Assembly (NCBI GenBank): GCA_965153455.1
Contig: OZ234494.1
Coordinates: 4,588,001 to 4,652,000 of the forward strand
Length of the DNA stretch: 64,000 nucleotides
Source of the DNA: Sphagnum compactum
Lineage: Eukaryota
Direction: 5' to 3'
Of this stretch, positions 40,080 to 53,515 are shown one piece after another. The position numbers were made by a program, and so were the translations under genes. How positions within the stretch are numbered: the first letter of the stretch is position 1; each line of letters opens with the position of its first letter. Below the pieces are notes generated by a model, which made no database searches, was not told where the DNA came from, and worked only from the letters and a program-made list of their open reading frames with translations.

Positions 40080-41021
40080 GCAACAAATTCCCAAATTGCT
40101 TGAAATCTTTAGAGTGTTAACATTTTTTTGAAGTGCCCAAATTGTTTGGGAATATATGAAAAACTTTTGTCAACCTTTGTAAGGTGTGTCAAGAGTGTTA
40201 GTTTAGTTGCATAGTTAAGTTATAATTAGGTTAGTGATAAGTTGGGTTAATGTAGTTAATTGTGCTTTAGTTTGGAATTGGTTCATGTGTGAACATTGTT
40301 CAAGTTATTTTGTGTTTACAATATAACTTCAAATTGTGAGTTTTTAAATCACTTTTGATAATTTGAAATTTTAGAACATAATTTTATTTTATTTCACAAT
40401 GTTTCTTTAATATGCAAGTTTTCTTTTGCCCATTGTTTTGTGTGTTGTGATTTTTCATTCTCTGTTTTGGGTTTGGATTCCCACTTGTTGTAAGTGAATC
40501 ATATTTTGAATCGCCAAAAGTTCAGATATGATGTGTTAATTAAAAATATATATGTTATGTTGTTTGGTGTGTGGACGATGATAAGTGTAGGCACTAATAT
40601 GGTAATGCACAACATGTGCCCAAAAATTGTTGAACAACATAAAAATGCTCAAAATTTTCAAGCATAAAGATTTTTCAAAGTGCCCAAAGTCTTTTGGCAA
40701 CAATGACTTCTTTCTCAACCTCAACTTAAAATTTCCAAGATTGTCCATAATTTTGTGAGAGTCCTAGAAAAAAATTCTTCTAAATATTTTCAAGCATCAA
40801 GATTTTTCAATTTCCCAAAAAATTTAATAGAAATGAAACTACAATGAAGGGTTCGACATAGGGTTAAATTAACCGCATCATATTATTTTATCTATCTTTT
40901 TTGTGCGAACAACACATGGGTCAATTTATTCCTTGTATTTCAATCATTTTAACCCCCAAATCAAAGATATGGTTAAATGGAAGAAAAATCCCTACTAACC
41001 CTTTGGTGTGAATCTAACTTT
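40080..41021 (-). mobile_element. Inverted relative of the 33495 repeat element
   Basis: Reverse complement of 40840-41021 matches 33495-33680 (ttccatttaacc.tatct.tgatttgggggttaaaa, agatagataaaata); internal aagtgcccaaa motifs. Left boundary approximate. Confidence 0.55.
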
Positions 41022-43949
41022 AGGAATTTTTTATATTTTATGAAGTACTTAACATTTAGATAGTAGTATTCAATTTGGCAACGTGTGGCCACATCCTTGT
41101 GCACTTGATTTGATCCACAACCCCAAAAAAACATTGGAGTGACATGGGGGTTGTGTGTGGAATTGGATTTTTTGTTGGCTTAATTTAACTTTGAACTACT
41201 TTTTGGTAGCCCAAATGAACCACTTTTGTTGGTCTATTTAAACCATTTTCTAGCCATCAAGGTGCCCTTTGTGCAAGATGAACTTCCCTTAATGCCAATT
41301 GCCATCATCAACCAAGGTAGAGTAAATTTTGGAGTTTTGGTTCAAACCCAAAGCATAGGCTCCTAAAAGATTTGCTTGGGCTAGTTCTTTGGACATGTTG
41401 CAAACCTTCTTCAATGTCCTAACCACATAATACAAAATCAACCATGCTTTGTAAAACCTATAACATGTCCCAAGATTGCAAAATCTTAGATTACTAGTGA
41501 AAAAGGTTGCCAATGAAGAGGATATTTTCTTCGCAATGAAACAACTTTCATTGTGCCAAAAAAAATGTTAAATAACTTAACAAAAAAATGTTGGGTTGCA
41601 TGGGTGCGAAGTATCTAAGTTAGTTTTTATACTTGTTAGATGTTTGCTAACAAATGTAAATCTTTGTTTTCCGTCCATGTTGGATTTTCTTTGTATCCAA
41701 CCTTTCATTTCCAAGCAATGTTTTGCAACTTGGTCTTTTATAAAGTAAATAATTGAAGGTGGAACATTCGTTGATTGATATTGAGGAAGGAAAGAATTAA
41801 AAATAATCTTTTATCACACAAAAATGAAATATTTGAAAAAAGGAGACACTTTGGTTTGACTCTTTTCAATTGTGGGCTGAATGATGATATGTGTAAAATT
41901 TTGGAAAAGGGGAAAAGAAATGTTTGTGGTGCTAGATCAAAGAAGAAGGAATGCCTTTTGTTAGATCAAGAAGGAACATAAAATAATAAATTTGGATTTT
42001 TACAAATTAACAAGGACTGATGACAAACACTTATTTTTAAACAATACAGTTGCAACAAACCTATAGGATGTTGTTTTTAATTGTATTTCAAAGTCATCAA
42101 CAATTCTTCACATATTCCATGTTCTAAACATAGCAAACACCACAAAAAGAAACTATTGATTTTATTATAAACATGATTTTCCATGCATGTCATAAGCATC
42201 AGCATCCATTAACATGATTGATTTTTCAATTTACATGAAAATGCACATAACATAGCAACTACAAGAATTCAATCCAATATTAAAACCCAAGTCCAATTAC
42301 TAGTTTGAAAAAAATAAATACATTCAACTCAGTTCTATTTGTGCCACAATTCAAACAAGATATTCAAAAAAAAAGAAAGTTTATACTCATGTCTTGTTAT
42401 GCAAACAATACCAAGTGTATTTAGAACTACAAATGAAGTGGAAGGATGAATTATAACATCATGAGCAGATGGAAGGCCATCATGTATTATGTTGAAAACT
42501 GTACAAAATTTATAAAAGACTTTAGCAATTTTGTCATAAATGAGAGTTGATTCCTTTGTAGTTTCATAATTCCTATATCAAAGTCAAAACCCTCTTCTAC
42601 CCATTTCCCCTTTGTGCTTAGTTTCACACCCATGAACTAGGCAAGTTCATCCTTGGGTGGTACTACTAAGAACATCACACCTTGATTTTCTTAGACCCAT
42701 CAAACTTTAAAAAATCATAAGAAACACTTAAATAAACATTTTCATTTTAATTTTTTAATGAGCACATTATCAAGTTCCACATATTTTGAAATTTCAATAA
42801 TATCAAGACTATTGTGTATTTTGATGTTTTTAATAATTTCATTTTAAAAATGTTTCAGGAATGTAAAATTGGTTCTTTTCCTTGAACTTTTGAGGTCAAA
42901 AACACAAATTTGAAACATGATTTAAAAAAATTCATAGGAATTTTTTTCTTAAGGTAATTTGGAAATCATTCTATTTTTAAGTTTGCATTAAACAATTGAT
43001 TGAGTAAGTATAATTTAGTTATGAATTTTCAAAATTAAGGCTATCAATTTCTAAAGGGGCCATCTTAATTAGGAATAAAATTTTTAACAATTTTCAATTT
43101 TTTGTTCCAAAATAAACTTCAAGCCATATATTAATGCATGCAATTGATAAACATGAGAAAAAAAATTATAATTGTGAAAACATTTAAAGTAACGGGCCTA
43201 GGAAAATAATTTGGCCCTTTTTGGTTCCTTAAGCATTCTTTGAGGTGGTTCCTAGTGGTACCAACCAAGGATGGGTTCACCCAACTTACATTTCACATTC
43301 TTTGGGAAGAAATAATTCCAGATGTAATCCAATGGTTAATGCTAGAATCTAATGTTTGAAAAGTAAAATTGGAGGAAACTACCAAGGAATCTGGATGCTT
43401 GGAATCTTCTTATGGTGTTGTTGTTGTCAAGTTTAATGTCACAATAATGAATAAGAAGGGGCAACATTTGCAAATACCTACATTCATTCCTACATCACAT
43501 TCAATCAGTTAAAAAAAGGCTACATTCCGATTTTTGTACTATAATTCTAGCAAATAACAAGCAAATGAAAATGGTAGATGTGGATTAAATCCTTGTAGAA
43601 CTATTCTACACTTACTGTAATAACATATTTGCACTATAATATGCACACATTCACAATTCCTACCTTGATTTTAAACACACATATGTTTAAAATTCATTAA
43701 AATACCAAATTCATGGTTATTTCATATAACCAGAATTTGTACTTCAAGATACAATGTAGAAAATTTAGAAACATAACTACAATTCATTCTTTTATATTTT
43801 TTATACTTCAAAGAATTCACACAACAATTTGAATATGAAAATCACTACAAAGTCTCTATTTCTCTTGTTTCCTGAAAATTTCAATAAAAAATACAGTTAG
43901 AAAATTCCATGTTCTATTGAAATGAAATCAAATAGCAAGATTAAACTTG

Positions 43950-46720
43950 TGGTATCCAAAAATAGACTCTAGTTTCTACTACAAAATACCTACATCTTTC
44001 TCCATACTCCAAAATTGTGTGTTTATGAATGAATATCCTTTTCCCATAACTCCCATCTTTGGGCAATCCCTAAATCACTATCAACATGATTCAAAAGTAA
44101 ACAATAATTCAAAATTTAAACCTCAGATGTCCAATGATCTATCCCTATCCTTCATGCCTTGTTCATCCAAAACAATGTAATTAGCCTATCCCCTTAACAA
44201 AAAGCAATACCCTCATGTGATACATACCAAGTATGCCCAAGGTGGTGCCGAATTGTGGGGTTTTTGACATCTTTTTGTGTAGGCATGTTCTTGTGAATGT
44301 TCCATTCCATTGGGGTATGTAGGTCAATTCATTCACCCTCCAAGAAGTCTTGGACACATGCATATGGGATGTATGCCACATCAATGGATTTATTGTTTGA
44401 ACCCCCTGTGGCATTTGCCTTTAATTCGCACCAAATCCACATTGGAAAATGGCAACTTGGTTGGGTTTTGAACTTGTATGGTTTGGGCCTTAAAAGCTTG
44501 ACCCATGTTTTTAACCTTCTTTAAAATGCACCTATGATGTAAGCACCCATCACAAATGCCTTCAATATTTTAACCCGACAATAAACATGAAAAAGGTTGA
44601 TTGCATGGTATATGCATGGTCGTCATTAAATAAATGAATGGTGAAAAAAAATCCCTAATTTGAATTATTTGAAATATGACACCCATTATATCATAAATTG
44701 CAATATCTTCATTATCACAAAATTAGGGTTATCTATACACAAATCACACAATTAAAACCACCAATATCATGGTGCCTAATGTTCAACTTCTAAACCCTAT
44801 AGAAAAAACATGACATTTCTTTTGGCCACCCAATTTTGCATTCACAAAACAAAATCTATTGGAATAAACAATATGAAAAAGACATATAATAAGTTTTAAT
44901 GGTACCTATAATGTGAGGCATGGCGTTGTCTTAAGATAGCTGGTTAGGCTTATGTCTCTTCGAGTTAGACACCTAAAACCCTTGACCTTAAACCCCCAAA
45001 TATTTGATGAGCAATGGGCATTGTGGACCCATCAAACATGTGATTACATATATATATAAATTATGTTGATGTGAATCTGCATACCCTATGCCCTAAACTC
45101 ACATTATGCAATGGGGGTGGACGGTTAATGGTGAAGAGGGGGAAAGATATAAATAAGCATATAATTAATTCATTGGGCAAAAAAATTAAAAATTAAAAAA
45201 ATTATAATTAAAATTTATCAAAGGCCAAGGAGAAGATATTACGCATATTTTTTTTTAAGTTGAGAATGGGCTTGGCTCTCCTTGGAAAGAGAAAAAATGA
45301 AATGATCTTGATCCATATATGTGGAGGTGAAAGGTTTCATATAAAAAAAAATCCTACCTAAATATTTTTTGATCCATATTTTATTAAAATTGAGATGCAC
45401 CAAATATTTAGTGCAATAAAAATTTAGCAAACCCAAAAGGTCCTTATGTACACATTTGGGGCTTTAAATTAAATAAACCCTACTTCGACCCCTCATTGCA
45501 TTTAATTAGGTCGAAATGGAGGCGGACCAGTAAGGGAAATCATGTTAATGGACCTAACCTAAATTTGCACTACCCACCCTTTTGCATTCAAATGGAGCAT
45601 TGGCTAATGAAATACCCACAATTGTCCATGTCTTCAATACAATACCATAGTACCTTTTCAAGTCCATCACAAATTATATTATTTTCATTTTTTTCGAATT
45701 TTTCAAAAAAATAACACTGAATGTCAAAAATCTCAAAATTACAATGAATACGACTAGGTTCAAACCCACAACCAGTTCAACAAACATATGAAACCTTTCA
45801 TCAGACTAACCAAAACCACAATAAAAAACTAATGAAAGCTTTAATATTGTTAATAAATTTATTCCTTATATGCCGAAATTTTCAAAATCAAAAACTTAAG
45901 CATCGAATCAAAATCTTCAAATTATAGTAATTATTTGACACATTAATGCCAAACCTGAAAAGGTATTACGATACTCCCTTAACGCAATACATTTATTTGA
46001 GTAACTACAATTATTTTCATCTGAGCATTATAGGTGGCTTGTGTGAACAAATCCAAAGAAAATGAAATACTTGCATTTTTTCATTGGAGCACTGTGATGA
46101 GCAAATGGGAGGTCAGTCGTATTGATGACCAAGCAAGTATGTACGGCTAGGTGGTGTCTAGTAGGTACCTACTTGGGTGGTTAGTAGGTATGAAAGTGAA
46201 AGGACAAGGCAATCATTTACATGATGAAATGCAATACCTTCAACAAATCTCGTCATTTGGTGGTACCACGTGGATTGTAATACCTGCATTTAGTTTCATC
46301 AACATTTCCTCGTGCTTGTGTGGGGTGTAGGATGTTAATTGGTTGGTGCCTAGGGATAGATGGGTAGGTAGGTATATGAATGCCACTTGGTAGGTAGATG
46401 GGTGGGCATGTAGGTATGTGGGGATGAGACTAGTTCATTTGAAATATGTAGGTGAAAAGGTAGGTAAGAAAAAGAGTAAGCTAAGGTTGGTGGGTGGGAG
46501 GGTGGGGTGCTGATGCAGTCAAATGGGTCCGAGAAAAAATCCCAACATTTGTTTTTGGGGAAATCCAAGGGTTGACAAGGCAAAAAATAATAATCAAACT
46601 GTGCTAACCACCTTGATCCAAGCTGGTTAGCACAAGGACATAAGAAGATATAAAATCAACAACCATCCACTGGACTGTCCATCCAAATGGTGCATTCGTC
46701 GATGCTGGTTCACATTGGCC
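43950..46720 (-). mobile_element. Truncated second Mutator-like element of the same family as 47376-53932
   Basis: Minus strand 44220-44420 reads GGSNNKSIDVAYIPYACVQDFLEGE*.DLHTPMEWNIHKN, homologous to GGQNKMNIQFAYVPYAHI..LEGE*..GTTVEWNVYKN at ~49870-49990. Terminus tggtgcattcgtcgatgctggttcacattggcc (46688-46720) matches the family TIR; GTAG-rich subterminal tract. Other end not found. Confidence 0.7.
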
Positions 46721-46843
46721 ATGTCCTCTCTGCTTTCACCCATTATCCCTTATTCCAATGGTATTTGCAAAATAAGGAAATTTTATTAAATCTCGATATA
46801 AAATGTCGATACTTTGCATTTAGTGCACAAGATTTGAAAGTAA

Positions 46844-47292
46844 TCTATCTATGAAGGAAGGTAATTTGTTTTGTTTTGTTTTGTTTTGTAGTTATGAGAT
46901 CCATCGAACCGTGATGCTTCAAATTATGTTCTTGGTGTCTTTGGAAAGCTCTTGAAGAGGAGGGGTGCGTGGGCTTGGTTCCATGATGTTTGAACTTGTG
47001 GTGCAAAAGTTCTTGAATATTGAATGAGTTTTTCACTAAAATTAAAATTAAATCATAGCTAATTTTTTTGGAATAATTGAAATGTGCCTATGGTGTTGTT
47101 GGAAAGATCTTGATGAGAAGCATTTAATGGAATCTATTTGATAAGATTTGGATTTATAATGTGGGAGATATTGATTTTTAAGTTATTTTTGTCGTTGAAA
47201 AATCAAATAAATTCCAAAAAACCAAGTTTTGGAAGGAAAAGTCAGTTGAAAACGTGGTAACACTTGGGCCATTAACACAAGCCACATTAATT
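46844..47292 (+). mobile_element. Non-autonomous Helitron-like element
   Basis: Starts a|TCtatctatg; ends cacttgggcc...gccacattaa|t (possible degenerate hairpin plus CTAG); reverse complement of the repeat family at 2380, 9961, 16005 and 18450. The Helitron assignment is inferred from the termini. Confidence 0.55.
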
Positions 47293-47559
47293 ATAGTAGT
47301 TGTATAGGTAGGAACATTGAAAGTATATGTAGCAATAATGGAGGCACTCAAAAAAAAAGGGGGGGGGATGAAACTGGCCAGAGTGAACCATCAGCCACCA
47401 ATGCACTAGTTCCCTGTTCTATCCATTGGATGGGCTATGTTTCTTCATTTGGCATTAGATGGGGTTCATCATAATCCATTTCTTTTTTATGTTGACCATT
47501 GTACTAATTTATTTTTGTTTTTGTTCTTAGTTGTTTTTCCCTTAAACCTAACCTCACAC

Positions 47560-48245
47560 ATAACTACCCTACTCACCTTCTTATTTTCATAAGTATTATA
47601 TTGACCTTGACCTACTTTACTAATTACCCCTATTGACATAATTACCCTAATAACTAGTTATCCTACTAACCTAACTAACTATACTAACTACATACCCTAA
47701 TAACCTAGCTACATTATTAACTATGTACCCTACTAATTTAACTTCCCTACTAACCTAATCATTGTACTAACTAGGCTCTATTAACCTAACTACCTTGCTA
47801 ACTAGTAATCTTATACACACAACCATCCTATTGACATAACTACCCTATTAACCTAACCACCATGATAAAATAACTTATTTCCTACGTATTAACTTGCCTA
47901 TCTACTTAACTATTTTGCAAGTGTAATTTCCTACCTACCTACATGCCCACCTACCCTAATAACCTATCTACCTTGCTCCTTGAACTTCCTTTCTACCTAC
48001 TAGCTTGCCTACCTACATGCCTACCTACCCTAGTAACCTATCTACTTTGTTCCTTGAACTTCCTTTCTACTTATTAACCTGCCTACCTACCCAACTACCT
48101 ACCTATATACCTATTTACCTACCTATGCACCCACCTTCCTACCTACCACTATGTTCACCTACCTACGTTTTTTACATAGTCAAATACATAACTAACTACC
48201 TACTCATTTCTCCCACCCGCCCCCCCAATCCTACCTATCTATTTA
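47560..48245. repeat. Low-complexity CCTA/CTAAC subterminal tract of the MULE
   Basis: Dense acctacct / ctaactaccct repeats, including a local duplication at ~47930-48000 / 48005-48075. Confidence 0.75.
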
Positions 48246-49799
48246 TTAAGGTTCGCCCCTGTTCATGGATGATGAACATAGGTCCCCATATGTAGGTACT
48301 ACAAACAATTTGTACTATAAACAATGTCATAATTCCAACCATTTTAGTTAATGCATACTAAATTTTGTTTACCTAATTTATTTATGGAATGGACATTACA
48401 ATACATCTTTTCATGTAATTATTATAAATATGTATTATTGGATTATGGTTTAGGTTTAGGGTTTTCAAGACAAAAATTAGTTAGCAAAATTTTTACAAAT
48501 TTATAATAATTAAATTAAACTAGCTTAAATTTGAGGGGAAAATTTGAGGGTTTAAACATTTAAGAAACAATACAATTTCATTCTATATCTTTTTCATAAA
48601 GAGTGGAAAAATTAGCTTGGAGATCACACAAAGGTAATAGACATACCTTAAAGTTAATTTTTTTGGTTAGTAAATATTTGTAGTTTAAAAGATTTAAATT
48701 TTGGTTTATATATATATACTTTATATTCTTTTAAATTTTTATTTTGCATTACATAACTTATATAATTTGCATAGTTTTTTGGGTTTAAGGCATATATCAC
48801 TAGGATTATTTTTTGATAGGGTTTGTATAGTTAGGGTATTAATAAGGCTTATGGCAAAATATCATTTGGATTTTTAAGGTTAGGCCTTATGATTTAGGGT
48901 TTAGGAATTTGGTTCATATATTTTAGGGCTTAAGGTTTATACTCTAAACTTTGTTCATTGTATTGGTTTTTAATCTTATCAATTATTTTGTTATATAACA
49001 TAATTATGAATCTCCTTTGTTTCCATATGTTCCATAGTTGTTAGAGTTCAAAATTTTTTACCCCACTTTTGTATGAGTTTTATTTTTTAGGGATGTGTTT
49101 TCAACTGGGACTACAAACTTTGGTGGAACATTGTCATCTTTTATTCCTAAAGGTATGCATTTGTTTCTTACTACTTCTTTTGTTTTATGTGTATATTTTC
49201 ATAATTCAACCTCTTTTCATTTCCTAACTATTGGATATAAAATGGGCATCAAGTTTTATTAAGTATACAACCATAAATAAAAGTTTTATATCTTTAGTCA
49301 GGTATTTCATATTTTAATATCTTTTCGTAGTTTGATTTTTTCTTACCCAAATGTGAATAATGCATTTACTCCCCACAACCAACATGGGTTTTCTGGCCTA
49401 GGGCAAGTATTGCATTAATGATCATTATGTGGGTATTGCTACATGGGGCTTTCAAACATTGTGGGTTTAAAGTATAATGCGGGTATTGCATATGTGAACA
49501 TCTTCAATGATGGAGGGTTTAGTAACTTAGTGCAGGTATTGCCAAAACTTCTTTAGTATATGGGTTCATAATGTAAGTATTGTATGTGACGTACATTGGA
49601 ACAATAAGTATTTTATATCATGATGTCGGTATTGTAATGGGAATTCCAAGTCATAGCGTCGATTTTAAAGGAGCCATGTAGGTATTGCATTTTGGATTTT
49701 TGTTCAATGATGAATGTTTTTAGAATTATGAATTCTCTTGGTGGAAAAATTTGTTCTATTTCTTTTCGATCATGGGAAAGGTTCCAAAGTCCCATTCCA

Positions 49800-52462
49800 T
49801 TCATGTTCAAAACCCCACCAAGTCCCCTTTCTCAAACAAAGACTTGGTGTGGACATCCGAGATTCGCCATGGAGGGCAAAATAAAATGAACATTCAATTT
49901 GCTTATGTTCCATATGCTCACATCCTAAAAACTCTGGAAGGTGAATGAGGGGATATAGGCACCACCGTGGAATGGAATGTTTACAAAAACTTTCCAAACC
50001 AAACGAATGTCAAGCAACCAATTATCAAAAACCACCTTCAACATATGTGGTAAACATTTATGGCATTAACCTTTTTAATTTATTTAACTCATATGATGTA
50101 ATCATTTACGTATTGAGTGTTTTTTAGTTTACGTATTAATGTGGGTATGGACCGGAGGATTATCGGGAAGACTCAACCCACATTCGAACTATTTAATGTT
50201 TAGTGTCATTTTCAATCAAATGTTTATACACATAGCCCAATGTGGCCAAGATCACGATCTGTCATAAAGCCCATACACAAGCTAATGGGTCATTTGCACA
50301 TGGTGAACATAACCCTGAATCCATTTTTCATATGTCACGTTATGCTCCACGCATGTCACAAGCATTGAAGGACCACATATGGGCCCAACTAAGCTTAGTT
50401 ACACAACCAAACAAATATATGACAAACATAAAACAATTTGGTGCGAACATGTGAATGCGGGCCAAAACATGACACAAGATGATTTCATTTGACTTCAAGA
50501 CATTGCATATTTGGATTGGAAACATTAAAAAAGGGAGTTGGCATTTACGACCAGCCTTGCAATTTCAATTTAGTCTTAAGCTTTCCAACATTCGGAGGAT
50601 GTGTTCTTTTTCCAAAATGGTGGTGAAATCAACAGGACTTAAGTCCCATTCACTATACATATTTAAACACCAACTCAATGTGAGTCTATGCTATCATATG
50701 GCCACAATGGTGCCATTTTTATGGATGCCACGTTTGGCACAAATGATATGAAATTCCATTTATTCACCTTAATGGGGTTTGATGATCATCAAACAAGTGT
50801 CCTTTTACAGTGGATCATTACAAGTAGGCAAACAATTGAAGATTTGATCGAATGGTTGAAACCATTAAAATATAGGATGCTATGACACATGCCACATTGG
50901 AAACCATCATGTTTTTTCATTGATGATGCACCACAAGAATTGATAGCATTATAGTTAGTTCTATATCTAGTACCTACTTTGTGTGTATTTCCTTGGATGG
51001 TTTTTAATATCTTTTAAAAAAATCTTGATCATTTAAAAAAAATTCTTGATTACTTCATTTGCATTTTATGTTGTACTGACCCCATCCACTGATGGTGATT
51101 CTATTGCATATGTATCCCTATGAAGGTTGTATGAGGTATGGACAAGGTTCCAATCTTCCTTTATTGTTAGCATGTTTTCAAAGCATGGCATTTACATGGT
51201 ATCGAAAAAATCAAAGATGTGGAGGTGTGAAGGGCAATCTTCCAAGACCTTCATGATGTGATGTACATGTCCATCAATCATGGAAAAACTATTGATGATT
51301 TCAAAAAGCGTGGGAAGGTTGCTATGAGAAAAAGTCTTCACAAACATAAACCTAGTGATGTGTGGACAAATTACTTCTCGATTTATTACTATCAACTTGG
51401 TAAATGATAATGTTTATCATGGTTTAATATTCAAAACTCTTTTGTAATCATGTTGTTCACCCTTGTGCATTGTGCTTATGTTTGTAGAATTATGGATGTT
51501 GGGTGTTCGACAAGTGCCCCATTCCAACCAAGACACCCAAGTGAACATTGAATCATATCACGGTGCATTGAAACGTTGGTTTGCTCTTGACACAAAAGGC
51601 CTTAGAGGCCATAGGATTGATTGGTTGGCGTGCGATTAACAATAACCATTACATGCCACTACATGCACACATTGGAAATGAAGAAAAAAGGTTTAATAAA
51701 AAACAAGGTTATGGAGGCCAATGTTACATGAAGTGTGGAAAAGACAGCCCTTATTCCATTCACCCATGTGTACAACCAACCTTTGAGAATGATGGAACTT
51801 GGGGCATACAGAGCTAACGCCTTCCCAACATCATTTATGCGGTGAAATTCCAATTCACCAAAATATCTTGTTGCATATGTGAATGGGCATTATAAGGGAA
51901 CATGTGTAAACACCAAATTGTGATGATTCTCGGATGCATAGACATTATTCAGGAGGATATCATTCATTATTGTGGAACATAGTATGGATCACGTTGTGAA
52001 GCATTGGGTCACATGTTTGCATACCCACGACATATTCCGGATGATATGGAGTCCAACGATGATGGCAAAGATGAACATTTCGAAGGTGATGATGGGATAA
52101 TGGAGTTCGATGGGCTCACAACCATGGAACAAAGTGATCTCCCTATGGGTGGCATTGTAGGGTCTAATGAAATAATAAATTCATCAACCCCAATGGAAAA
52201 GGCTCTTGCACAATTGGTCATTATAATGCAAGAAATCACAAATGAATGTAAAGAAGGCGATGTGAGACTTTGTGAACATGCCACCTCACACATGAGAGTA
52301 TTGGGATGCAATATTTGTAACATACGCCTCACAAAAACGAATGCAATTTTACACCCTGGATTGGTGTTACACCGCATAGAAGATGGTTTGGGAAATAGTG
52401 TCAAATGGTTCAAAGATTGGCATGAAACAATGCTCAATCACACAAATCTATGTACTAAATGA
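49800..52462 (+). pseudogene. MULE transposase with SWIM zinc finger, pseudogene with introns
   Basis: GHNGAIFMDATFGTNDMKFHLFTLMGFD, WKPSCFFIDDA, VPIFL...HVFKAW, NIESYHGALK, SWIM CCICEWAL*GNMCKHQ; multiple stops and frameshifts. Confidence 0.85.
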
Positions 52463-52724
52463 TGTCATGAATAAATAATGTCAGACAAATCTATATACTA
52501 AACGATGTCAATTATTAATAAAGATTGTTGCCACTGGTATTAAAAAAATTGTGTTACTGATCAATTTTGTATGGAGGAACCCATAGCCCAAATGCATTGA
52601 ACATCATGGATTCAACACACACATCAAGTTTAATATGTCACAAAGGTTATTATTGTTTTCAAGTAATAAACAAAAAAAATTTGAAATGCAAAAACACAAG
52701 GATAATGATAATATTAGTGTTAAA

Positions 52725-52890
52725 TGCAGGTATTGCAACTAAGCCCCAAAATTCCAATTAATAGAGGTAAGTACGAGTGCGGGTATTATAATTAGGCCCC
52801 AAAATTCCAATTGGTAAACATAAGTATGAGTGTAGGTATTGCAACTAGGCCCCAAAATTCCAGTTGGTAGAAATAAACATGAGTGCAAGT
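52725..52890. repeat. 53-bp tandem repeat x3
   Basis: tgcaggtattgcaactaggccccaaaattccaattggta... at about 52725, 52778 and 52831. Confidence 0.85.
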
Positions 52891-53515
52891 ATGCACACGT
52901 TGTCATCTTCCTATTTGAAAACACCTATGAGGGCAATAACAACCAAGAAGACGATGACGTGCGCGTCATCGTATTTTTGGCTGAGAGGAATTGTGACGGT
53001 AGTAGTAAAATAATAAGACCAAGAAGATAACGATGCATGCATCGTCATCTTCCTGGTTGAAAGGAGCTATGAAGACAATAACTCAATAAGAAAAAGACTA
53101 GGAAGACAATGACACGTGCGTCATTGTGTTCCTAATTGATAAGAGCTGTGAAGACAACAACTCAGTAAGAAGAAGACCAAGAAGACAATGACGCATGCAT
53201 CATTGTGTTCCTAGTTGAGAGGAGTTGTGAAGGCAACAGCAAAGCAAGAAGACCAAGAAGACGACGAGTACACGTGTGTCGTTGTCGTCGTGACTAAACT
53301 AAAAGGAATTGTGAGGACAACAACTCAGCAAGAAGAAGACCAAGAAGGCAATAATGTGTACATTGTTGTCTTCTTGGCTGAGAAGAGCTATGAGGACAAC
53401 AACTCAACACGAAAAAAAGTAGGAAAATGACAACGCTCGAATCGTCGTCTTCTTCCTAGCTGAGAGGAGTTGTGAGAACAACAACAACAACAAGAATTAA
53501 ACTAGGAAGACGTCA
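52885..53515. repeat. Tandem array of ~8 units (about 76-87 bp), each with a ~30-bp palindrome
   Basis: Consensus-like unit aGAAGACgATGACg-tgc-GTCATcGTCTTCctggctgagaggagttgtgaggacaacaactcagcaagaagaagacc; starts at about 52944, 53021, 53100, 53179, 53255, 53342 and 53421, plus partial units at both ends. Confidence 0.85.

Noticed and set aside
41250-41520. Possible distal part of the minus-strand MULE (SWIM-like remnant, TIR-like gcccaaatgaacc at ~41210)
   Set aside because: Similarity too weak and the expected TSD ATGTCCTCT is not present.
53215-53430. Short acidic ORFs in the hairpin array
   Set aside because: By-products of the tandem repeat; unit lengths do not preserve frame.
52885-53515. 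CRISPR array
   Set aside because: The spacers are homologous to one another, the repeats are degenerate, there are no cas genes, and the context is a eukaryotic transposon.
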